DNA of 64,000 bases from the NCBI GenBank assembly GCA_038231435.1, contig JBBRLJ010000018.1:1-64000 (forward strand), read 5' to 3'. The position numbers and the translations under genes are program-made. Origin of the DNA: Planctomycetota bacterium. Lineage in GTDB: Bacteria; Planctomycetota; UBA11346. The notes beneath the pieces are model-generated. The model saw nothing but the letters and a program-made list of their open reading frames with translations. It ran no database searches and had not been told where the DNA came from. Below are positions 56,244 to 64,000 of the stretch, piece after piece. Every line of letters starts with the position of its first letter. Positions within the stretch are counted from its first letter, which is position 1.

Positions 56244-59200
56244 ACCTCTTCACCTCCCGCCGCCGCGCCACCGCGCCACCACGTGCACTCGAGGTTCCTA
56301 TGCATCAGGCCGCTCCATGCACGAGGCGGGGCTCGATCATCATGCTGCTGCTCATGAGCGTCATCATGATCATGCTCGTGATCGCATTCTCGTTCTTGCG
56401 CTCGATGCAGATGTCGCGCGGCGCCACCCTGGTTCAACGCAAAGACGACCTGGCCCGCCTGGCCGCCGAAATGGGCATGCAGCACGCCGCCTCGGTCTGC
56501 CTCCATGCATACGCCATGAGCAATGAAGTTCGCGACGACATGACCGTACCTGCGGTGAGCCGATTCGATGCTCCTGACAGCAACGTCTTCAAGCTGATGT
56601 CCAGCCGTCTCTCGTCAGCGGATATCAGCAATCATCCGCCACAGCCCTATGACATGTCTCCAGAACTCCCCTTCCAGAACATGTTCGACTCGGGAGCCCT
56701 AGCAGGCCCGCGTACCGTCGGCTACACCTGGGGTGTCATCAACAAGTCCGGCTACTCACGCCTCACTGAAGCCAACCGCTTCTCGTACGACGCGACCAGG
56801 CCCAGTTCGCTGTATGATCCCGCGAGCTACGATCTCTACGATCCGGCCGCTCCCAATCCCGCCGTCGTGAAGACCGCATTTCCGCCGGTCGATCCGTTCG
56901 TGCGCGGCGCAGCTCTCATCAAGCGGCATCCTAGCGACAATCCGCTATTGCTTGATGCCGACTTCCGACCGGTGATCGACGCCCGCGATGCCCGTTATCG
57001 CCTACGCTACGCCGTGGACATCCAAGACATGTCCGCCGCACTGTGGCTGAATACCGACATGCCATGGCTGACCGCCGTCCAGAAGGCCCAGGCCCGCACG
57101 GCCTATAAGGAGTGTTTCTATGCGGTCGGGACGCAGTTGCGCTTCGACTACAATCCTGCCGATACGTTCGAGAACATCCTCCTCGGCCATGGGGCCGCCG
57201 CCAACGCCCGGTTCGTGAATGGCCAGGCGAGGGAGTGGCCTGAACGGGGCGGCGGCCCGATGTGGTATCGCGGTCCTAATCAGTGGAACCAGTCTCAGCG
57301 CATCAACCATTGTGTCTTCGGCAGCCCCTTCATGAACTGGAATGACCCGCCCTCCAAGGGGTGGATCGGCAGCGCGATCCCGTCGTTCAACGACCTGGGC
57401 TTCGCCCTGCAGGACGATTCCCAGAACTGGCATGAGATGGGCGAGGTCAAGGACAACGAACCGCGCGTGCGAGGCGACAAGGTCGCTCAATTCGCCGGGA
57501 CCCCGTTCGGGCGACCCGACGGCGCTGCGACCGATCATCCCTGGGCGTTGAATGCGTTGATCATCGCCCCGCGCGTTCTCGAGGCCATGGTTGCGGCATA
57601 CATGCCGCCGGTGGTCCGCTCAGTAGCTGTCACCACGGAATGGTGCACCCCCTACTGCAAGACGGTGGACGCTTTCGGCAACGTCAACACCAGTTACAGA
57701 GGATCGCCGATCGCGGGGGTGGCCAACCCGACCGCGTGGAGCATCCCGATCAAAGCCAACCTGACTATTCCCGGATCGGGGCCGGATCTCTTCACCAACG
57801 CGTTCACGCCGTTGGGGCAGACGCCCTTCCCGTACGCGACCCCGCCGATGCGCGATTACTGGACGACGCCTGTAGGCCCGGCAGCGGCGCCAAGCACCTG
57901 GCGATGCGACCACACTCCCGTCTCCGATACCCGCACCAACGCTCAGCGATATCCCGGTACGCGCTTTTTCTCGGTCCTCGCCACCGAACCCATGGGCCAG
58001 TGCCTGACCCGTTGGCGTGGCAAGAATCCTGATGGAACACCCTACGACAGCATCGCTCTGGCATGCCTGCCACGCCAAACCGACAGCGATCCTGCTTCGT
58101 CGAATCCCCCGGCCCCGCCGTGGGCCCTCGGCACGGCCTATGCCGTCGACGACCGCGTAAGCTACCTCGGCGAGATCTACGTCTGCAACTCGACGGTGGA
58201 CGTCGCTGCCGCGGCCAATCCCGGCAATGGACCTGGCGGCGCTACGACTCGCTTCGTGCTCGAAGCCCCGATATCGGTCTTCCCTCCGGCTCCCGGAGGC
58301 GACCACCTCGGGCGGCACATCATCTTCTACAAGCCCGACTACGTGGACCCCAATCCAGGCAATAGCATCCTCGCGGTGAAAAATACGGTCTACAAATATC
58401 TCTCCGTCGCCAATTTTAATAGCATCAATGCCCCCAACTGGTGGCTCTACCCCGGCGACAACATCAACAACTCTTCCGAATTCATGCCGGGAGGGCCGTT
58501 CAGTCCCGGCATCAGCGGCGCCGGCACCGACGGGTTCGTGTCAGCGTACAAGGGCTCTTCATGGACCGTCTATTCGCCGCCAGTCCCAGTGATCGTCAAT
58601 GGCGAGGTCTATCCCTGCCCCGACTGGGGCAATCCGAGCCCGCCGGCAACGCCGGCTGCACTGCTCGCAACCCAGGTGACGGCGGCTCAGACCCCCCCAC
58701 CCGCTCGCGGCCCGCTCGGTGTGGTGAACCCTGAGGGATGGCAGATCAGCCGCGCTGCGGGATCGTGGGGTTCCCCCGCCAAGAGCACCGTTCCGAACTC
58801 CTATTACAACCGGCTATCGCTCGCCTTCTGGCACGCCGTCTTCGTCGCCCAGGCAGCGAATATGTCCTGGGCTGATCGGCAAGACTGCCGCTCACAGGCG
58901 TTCGCGCCCGGGAGTGCCAACGTTGGGGATTTCGGCGTCTACTACGCGACAAATCCCGATCAATTCGACTTCACATCCTATAAGCGCAAAGGTCCTGCTT
59001 CGTGGTCGCCGGCAGCAGCCGACTTCGACAGCGTCGAGCAGATCGATCGGCAGTTCGTTGCCAACATGGGCGAGAGCTTCACCCAGCCAGGACACGTCAC
59101 CCCGACCCAGGCCTCCGCCTCGCGTCCGCCCCGTTACTTGGGCAAGCAGACCTACACGCCGAAGTTCAGCACCAACTGGTGCGGAGGCCGCGACGGGAAT

Positions 59201-59923
59201 TCGTACTGCTATACCAACTACAACAATATGCGGGTCGCCGAATATTGCGTGACCAACAACATCCGCACCTTGCTCGATCCCCTCGACACCAGGCCGGGCG
59301 GGGCGCTGACCGCGTTCAGCACCGATCCGCAGCTGCCGCCACCCCACAATATCTGGCTGCTGGATGAGTGGAATGCCGAGGCCGAGGCCGGATACATTCC
59401 GGGCGTGAACGTCGGCGCCCAGCCGACCACGGTGGCGCGTGCACGCGCGAAGATGATGGAGCGCGTATTGAATGACTGGCGTCTCAGCTTCCTCGGCTCC
59501 AGCAAGGCCTATGCGGCCTCCTTCCTTCCCAAGGATTTCGATGGCGACGGCAAGGTGTTCTGCAGCGGCTACCTGACTCCCAATGCCGCCGATCCGGACT
59601 GTGGCCTGACCTGCTGGAAATCAGCGGATGCCAGTGGCAACGGACCCGGCAAGGCGGCGGGTGACCTGACCATCTATTCGGTCACCGGCTGCCTCACCAT
59701 CACTCGCAGCCATCAATTCAAGATCCATGTCCGCGGCGAGCTTTATGACAACTTCCTCGATCGCGCGGTCAGCGAGCAGTACCTCGAATCGGCCGTGATG
59801 ATCGACCCCGATGACAATATCACTCGAGGCGCGTTGCCCAGCGGCCTCGCCGATTCGGTGCTCATCATGCAGCGGCCGATCCATAGTTATTATCGCGGAT
59901 TCTTGAATCGGGCATACCCGTGA
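56240..59923 (+). CDS. Large GspK/PilX-like pilus tip protein with an internal CBM5/12-like module
   Basis: RRG|SIIMLLLMSVIMIMLVIAFSF (no Glu5), ARLAAEMGMQHA; WALGTAYAVDDRVSYLGEIYVC; DFDGDGKV; C-terminal RSHQFKIHVRGE. Start 56240 or 56300. Confidence 0.78.
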   Translation: MNLFTSRRRATAPPRALEVPMHQAAPCTRRGSIIMLLLMSVIMIMLVIAFSFLRSMQMSRGATLVQRKDDLARLAAEMGMQHAASVCLHAYAMSNEVRDDMTVPAVSRFDAPDSNVFKLMSSRLSSADISNHPPQPYDMSPELPFQNMFDSGALAGPRTVGYTWGVINKSGYSRLTEANRFSYDATRPSSLYDPASYDLYDPAAPNPAVVKTAFPPVDPFVRGAALIKRHPSDNPLLLDADFRPVIDARDARYRLRYAVDIQDMSAALWLNTDMPWLTAVQKAQARTAYKECFYAVGTQLRFDYNPADTFENILLGHGAAANARFVNGQAREWPERGGGPMWYRGPNQWNQSQRINHCVFGSPFMNWNDPPSKGWIGSAIPSFNDLGFALQDDSQNWHEMGEVKDNEPRVRGDKVAQFAGTPFGRPDGAATDHPWALNALIIAPRVLEAMVAAYMPPVVRSVAVTTEWCTPYCKTVDAFGNVNTSYRGSPIAGVANPTAWSIPIKANLTIPGSGPDLFTNAFTPLGQTPFPYATPPMRDYWTTPVGPAAAPSTWRCDHTPVSDTRTNAQRYPGTRFFSVLATEPMGQCLTRWRGKNPDGTPYDSIALACLPRQTDSDPASSNPPAPPWALGTAYAVDDRVSYLGEIYVCNSTVDVAAAANPGNGPGGATTRFVLEAPISVFPPAPGGDHLGRHIIFYKPDYVDPNPGNSILAVKNTVYKYLSVANFNSINAPNWWLYPGDNINNSSEFMPGGPFSPGISGAGTDGFVSAYKGSSWTVYSPPVPVIVNGEVYPCPDWGNPSPPATPAALLATQVTAAQTPPPARGPLGVVNPEGWQISRAAGSWGSPAKSTVPNSYYNRLSLAFWHAVFVAQAANMSWADRQDCRSQAFAPGSANVGDFGVYYATNPDQFDFTSYKRKGPASWSPAAADFDSVEQIDRQFVANMGESFTQPGHVTPTQASASRPPRYLGKQTYTPKFSTNWCGGRDGNSYCYTNYNNMRVAEYCVTNNIRTLLDPLDTRPGGALTAFSTDPQLPPPHNIWLLDEWNAEAEAGYIPGVNVGAQPTTVARARAKMMERVLNDWRLSFLGSSKAYAASFLPKDFDGDGKVFCSGYLTPNAADPDCGLTCWKSADASGNGPGKAAGDLTIYSVTGCLTITRSHQFKIHVRGELYDNFLDRAVSEQYLESAVMIDPDDNITRGALPSGLADSVLIMQRPIHSYYRGFLNRAYP

Positions 59924-59990
59924 ATGTGTTGCCTGCGGGATCCGCGAGTCTCTCTCGCATATTCTAAATCCCGACGTGCGGGCGCGCCCA

Positions 59991-60014
59991 CCTGCCTGCC
60001 TGCCTGCCTGCCTG
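59991..60014. repeat. (CCTG)6 microsatellite
   Basis: Directly visible. Confidence 0.9.
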
Positions 60015-60186
60015 AGGGCGTTTGCGCCCAGGCGATCTCCCCCGCACACGGAATCGCGGTTTGACAGCCGGCGGGTTCGATGCTCGCACGATTCGCAGCG
60101 TGGGACGGGAATGCTTCGGATGCGAAGTTGAGGACCTGCGGGTCGAGCACCCCTTGCCCGGGCAGCTGGCGCGCCACCATGCGCGC

Positions 60187-60843
60187 ATGCTCATCGCCCC
60201 GACTTCCAAGCTGCTCATGATCGGCGATTCCATCACCGACTGCGAACGTGCCCGCCCGGTCGGCGAAGGCCTGTTCGGAGCGATCGGCAAGGGCTATGTC
60301 GCCCAGGTCGATGCCCTGCTCGGTTCTACCTATCCGGCCCACCAGATCCGCGTGGTCAACATGGGCTGCAGCGGCAACACCGTGCGCGATCTCAAGGCGC
60401 GCTGGCAGACCGACGTGCTCGATCAGAAGCCCGACTGGCTGTCGATCATGATCGGCATCAACGACGTCTGGCGCCAGTTCGACCTGCCGCGGCAGACTGA
60501 GATCCACGTCGGTTTGGAGGAATACGAACGCACCCTCGACGAATTGGTTGCCAGGACCAAGCTGATCCTGAAGGGTCTGGTGCTGATGACGCCCTTCTTC
60601 ATCGAATCCCAGCCCAACGACGCGATGCGCGCACGCATGGATCAGTACTCGGCCGCGGTCAAGAGAGTCGCAGCCAAGCACCAGACGTTGTTCGTCGACA
60701 CGCAGGCCGCCTACGGCCGCGTGCTCGCGCACACCCATTCCGCCGCCCTGGCCTGGGACCGCGTTCACCCGAACCACATCGGCCACATGGTGATGGCGCG
60801 CGCGTTCCTCGACGCCGTGGGTTATGCTTGGACCGGGAAGTAG
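60187..60843 (+). CDS. SGNH/GDSL hydrolase
   Basis: IGDSITD, NMGCSGN, IGINDVW, DRVHPN. Confidence 0.92.
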   Translation: MLIAPTSKLLMIGDSITDCERARPVGEGLFGAIGKGYVAQVDALLGSTYPAHQIRVVNMGCSGNTVRDLKARWQTDVLDQKPDWLSIMIGINDVWRQFDLPRQTEIHVGLEEYERTLDELVARTKLILKGLVLMTPFFIESQPNDAMRARMDQYSAAVKRVAAKHQTLFVDTQAAYGRVLAHTHSAALAWDRVHPNHIGHMVMARAFLDAVGYAWTGK

Positions 60844-60854
60844 CTTTTATTTTT

Positions 60855-61470
60855 CAGGGGCTTCGCCCCTACGGCCCTGACGGGCCTACCCCACGGGCTT
60901 TGTCGGGGCTCGATTTCTCCGCTGCGCTGCGAAATCGTTGGCGGATGGGCTTCGCCCATTGTATCCGCCGACCGCCCCTCGGCGCCCGCCCCATCGCGGA
61001 GCGATGGGGCCCCCGTCCAAGATGGCGGCACAGCCGCCACCGGCCGCCGAGTCCTGGTTTGCGTGAACAATGGGCGCAGCCCATCACGCAAACTTTTATC
61101 AAAGGGGCTCCGCCCCTACGGCCCTGACGGGCCTACCCCACGGGCTTTGTCGTGGCTCGTTTTGTCCAGCGGAGCTGGCCAAAACGTGGGCGGATCGGCT
61201 CCGCCGATCATATCCGCCCACCGCCACTCGGCGCCCGCCCCATCGCGCAGCGATGGGGCCCGGGGGCGAAGCCCCATCAAAACCGTGGCAACGCCACCGG
61301 CCGCCGAGTCCTGGTTTGCGTGAACAATGGGCGCAGCCCATCACGCAAACTTTCTGGCCGCCCGGCGGACAGAAAGAAGGACGACAAAGGCCGTGGGGGA
61401 CCGGGGGCTAAGCCCCCGCACAAAAAGTAGGACGACAAAGGCCGCGGGGGCTCGGGGGCAAAGCCCCCGC
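60855..61470 (+). repeat. Modular multi-hairpin repeat array: module A x2 (60855-61097, 61104-61353) then module B x2 (61372-61420, 61422-61470)
   Basis: Both A copies start GGGGCT(T/C)CGCCCCTACGGCCCTGACGGGCCTACCCCACGGGCTTTGTCG and end TTTGCGTGAACAATGGGCGCAGCCCATCACGCAAACTTT; both B copies carry AGGACGACAAAGGCCG...AAGCCCCCGC. Confidence 0.92.
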
Positions 61471-61475
61471 AACAA

Positions 61476-62387
61476 CTAAGCGATATTGGCTACCTGCTCC
61501 TTCATCTGCTCGATCGCGTACTTCGCCTCGAGCACCAACGCCGTCAGTCCCGCATCGTTGGCCTTCGCCCCGACGGTGTTCACCTCGCGGCCGCATTCCT
61601 GGAGCAGGAATTCGAGCTTGCGGCCGAGGAGCTCGTCGCGCGAGGCGATCAGGGTGTCGAGCGCCTCGAGGTGCGCGGCGAGGCGCACCAGCTCCTCGCT
61701 GACATCGATGCGCTCGGCGTGCAGCGCGAGCTCGCGCACCAGGTGCTCGGGGGTGACCGCCGCTTGGCCTTGCAGGACCTCGCGCAGCCGAGTGGCGAGC
61801 GAATCGCGGTACGCGGCGGTGCGACCGGAGGCGGCCGCGCGCATGCCAGAGTGCAGGTGCCGGAGCTCGCGCGCATGCGCCGCAATATCGCGCGCCAGCG
61901 CCGCGCCCTCGCGCGCGCGCATGCCGCGCAATCCTTCGAGGGCCTGTGCCAGCGCCACGCGCAGCAGCGGTTCGACCGTTTCGCCGGCACCTTGTCGTGG
62001 GGGGGGGGGGGGGGGGCGCGCCCCCCCCCCCGGGCCGGCCGCCCGCGCCCCCCGGGGCGCCGCCGCCACCACTTCGAGCGCGGGCACCGGAGCGCCCAGG
62101 GATTTCGCCCGCGCTGCGAGCTCGCGCCAGGCATGCTCCAATTCATCCAAGCGACCGGGATCGGCGGAGAGAGCGCGCACCGGCAGCCACGACACCTGCG
62201 CGTTGATCGAGCCGCGCGCGACCGCCGCCTTCAGCTCCTGGCGCACCGTCTCCTCGAGCGCGAGATCGTGGAGGTCGGAGCGCAGATGGATCGCGAGCGA
62301 GCGGTTGTTCACCGCCGATATCTGCACCGTCGCCGTCCCCCGCGCGTCCGAGGCCGACCCCTGTCCGAATCCAGTCATCGAGATCAT
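61476..62387 (-). CDS. yicC: YicC/YloC family endoribonuclease
   Basis: MISMTGFG, SAVNNR, RGSI, DVSEELVRL, GRKLEFLLQE.GREVNTVGAK, EQMKEQVANI. Confidence 0.92.
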   Translation of the reverse strand: MISMTGFGQGSASDARGTATVQISAVNNRSLAIHLRSDLHDLALEETVRQELKAAVARGSINAQVSWLPVRALSADPGRLDELEHAWRELAARAKSLGAPVPALEVVAAAPRGARAAGPGGGARPPPPPPRQGAGETVEPLLRVALAQALEGLRGMRAREGAALARDIAAHARELRHLHSGMRAAASGRTAAYRDSLATRLREVLQGQAAVTPEHLVRELALHAERIDVSEELVRLAAHLEALDTLIASRDELLGRKLEFLLQECGREVNTVGAKANDAGLTALVLEAKYAIEQMKEQVANIA

Positions 62388-62583
62388 GCGCGGAGTATGG
62401 GCCATGTCCCGGAACCGGAAGAGATCCACAGCACGCATTCGAGCAGGTGCCGCTCCGGCTACTTTAGGCAGCCTGACCTTGCCTCCTCGGGGGCGGCACG
62501 GAGTGCGATGTCGGGGGGTGCGAAGCGATCTCGGATGCCCATTGGGGCATCCGCCGGCCGAAGGCCGTAGACCCAATGAAAAG

Positions 62584-63780
62584 TCACCCGTCCGTGGTAG
62601 AGCCGTGACCATGGCCGAAAACGCGCGTCTGGCTGCGCCTGCCGATGTCCAGATCCTGGACGAGCAGGTCGGCCATGCGCGCGATCGCCCCGCCAGAGCC
62701 CAGTCGGGCGCGCAACAGGCCCAGTCCGCTCAGGCATTCGGCGCGATCCGGCCCCTTCCACAGCCGCTCGATGTGCGCGACCAGGCGCGGCACGGTGAGC
62801 TGGTCCTGGAGCACCTCGGGGCAGACACGCTTGCCGAGCACCAAGTTGGGCAGCCCGACGTGGTCGGTGCGGATGACTTGGCGGGCGATCGCGGCGGTGA
62901 CGCGGTCCATGCGGTAGGCGATGACGTGGGGCAGGCCGATGACCCCGGCCTCGAGGGTCGCGGTGCCGGACGCTATGACGCCCAGGTGCGCGCGCGCGCA
63001 CAGCTCGCGGTAGCGGCCCTCGACGAGCGGAAAATGCGAGGCGCGGCGGTACAGATCCATCGGCAGGTCGGGGACCTTGGCGATCGCCACCGTCATCGGC
63101 CCGAGCCGGCGCATCGCGGACTCGGCAGCCTGGTGGTAGATGGGCAGCAGCTTGGCCACCTCGCGCTCGCGGCTGCCAGGCGCGAGCAGCAGCAGCTTGC
63201 GCTGCGGATCGATCCCCAGCTCGCGCTCGATGCTCGACGTGTCCGGACGCTCGGGAATCAGGTCGAGGAGCGGATGGCCGACGAAATCAGCCGCGCAGCC
63301 GAAGCGCGAGAAGAGCGGCGGCTCGAACGGAAAGAAGCACAGCAGGCGGTCCACCGAATGCGCGACCGATTTGGCGCGCCGCGGCTTCCACGCCCACACC
63401 TGCGGCGCAACCACATGGCAGAAGCGCGTGCCAGAGGCGCGCAGATCCGCCAGTCGACGCGCCAAGCGCAGGTTGAACCCGGGATAATCGACGGTGATGA
63501 CCAGCTTGGGCTTGCGCGCCCGCACCACCGCGGCCATGCGCAGGCCCAGGCGGATGAACTGCGGCAACCTGGCGAGGACCGGGAACAGGCCCATCACCGC
63601 CAGGCCCTCGATATCCTGCTCGATCTCGGCTCCGGCCTTCGCCAGCTCGGGCCCACCCATGGCCGCGCACACCAACTCGGCCTGGCGGCGCTTGAGTTCG
63701 GCGACGATGGCGCCGCCGTAGGCGTCACCGGACGGCTCACCGGCGAGCACGAAGACATCGCTGGTGGGGGTCAGACCCAT
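62584..63780 (-). CDS. lpxB: Lipid-A-disaccharide synthase
   Basis: AGEPSGD, GGP, AVMG, VDYPGFN, VAPQVWAW, FPFE, FVGHPL, PGSR, SGTATLE, GLPN. Confidence 0.95.
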   Translation of the reverse strand: MGLTPTSDVFVLAGEPSGDAYGGAIVAELKRRQAELVCAAMGGPELAKAGAEIEQDIEGLAVMGLFPVLARLPQFIRLGLRMAAVVRARKPKLVITVDYPGFNLRLARRLADLRASGTRFCHVVAPQVWAWKPRRAKSVAHSVDRLLCFFPFEPPLFSRFGCAADFVGHPLLDLIPERPDTSSIERELGIDPQRKLLLLAPGSREREVAKLLPIYHQAAESAMRRLGPMTVAIAKVPDLPMDLYRRASHFPLVEGRYRELCARAHLGVIASGTATLEAGVIGLPHVIAYRMDRVTAAIARQVIRTDHVGLPNLVLGKRVCPEVLQDQLTVPRLVAHIERLWKGPDRAECLSGLGLLRARLGSGGAIARMADLLVQDLDIGRRSQTRVFGHGHGSTTDG

Positions 63781-63961
63781 GGCCCGACATGCTGGTCCAC
63801 AGACCCTCGGCTACCAGGGAGAACCGACCGCGGACGAGCCCCGGGACGGCCAGGGGGTAAACGCGTACATCACACCGTAGTGACTGGCGCGACAGGGCTT
63901 CTGCGATAGCCGCCTTGCTTTGGCCGAGCTCGGACCAAGCTCAGCGGCCGAGGAGGGACGC

Positions 63962-64000
63962 ATGCCCAAGCTGGTATGCCAGTCCGGACCGAACGCCGGT
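63962..64000 (+). CDS. 5' end of a gene running off the window, possibly an FHA-domain protein
   Basis: GAGGAGG RBS, then MPKLVCQSGPNAG, which resembles FHA first-strand starts. Only 13 codons are visible. Confidence 0.45.
   Translation, partial: MPKLVCQSGPNAG

Noticed and set aside
60055..60095. tRNA-like fragment (CGGTTTGACAGCCG then GCGGGTTCGATGCTCGC) as an att site
   Set aside because: No variable loop, D-arm or acceptor stem; probably a chance T-arm resemblance.
60855..61470. Possible CRISPR array
   Set aside because: Units are about 245 and 50 bp, there are no unique spacers of regular length, and no cas genes are present.
61476..62612. Extended 378-aa YicC start
   Set aside because: Family homology begins at MISMTGFG (62387); the extension crosses hairpin-rich intergenic DNA.
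61486..63909. 807-aa plus-strand ORF
   Set aside because: Antisense to yicC and lpxB; no recognisable domain.

Overview
GC-rich bacterial chromosomal window. The gene content (lpxB, an ECF sigma factor with a C-terminal extension, a Ser/Thr kinase with TPRs, many prepilin-type proteins, NatB-CPBP fusion) suggests a Planctomycetota/PVC-type diderm; this is inference, not a database result. Left to right: the 3' end of an ISL3 element inserted in an intergenic repeat; carbohydrate-active enzymes (sialate O-acetylesterase, GH172); an LTA-synthase-family sulfatase; a response regulator, ligC and a hybrid kinase; a Gly/Ser-rich lipoprotein; a partial type VI secretion locus (tssJ-K-L-M-A-hcp); an aldolase/AraC/GH5-like sugar module; a Ser/Thr kinase followed by an ECF-TM-STN fusion; a short topA; a NatAB-type ABC exporter; a stand-alone rpsD; an ABC1 kinase; two tandem paralogous helical proteins; an ~11.6 kb segment; an SGNH hydrolase; a modular hairpin repeat array; yicC; lpxB. 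The ~11.6 kb segment (48.5-60.2 kb) is the most notable. It looks lower in GC by eye and encodes a kinase-less TPR receptor-like protein plus a translationally coupled G-G-H-I-J-K pseudopilin cassette with a ~1,200-aa tip-like protein and no assembly machinery. It is bracketed by a decayed and an intact copy of the 5' end of the SGNH gene. All calls come from reading motifs by eye; no searches were run.
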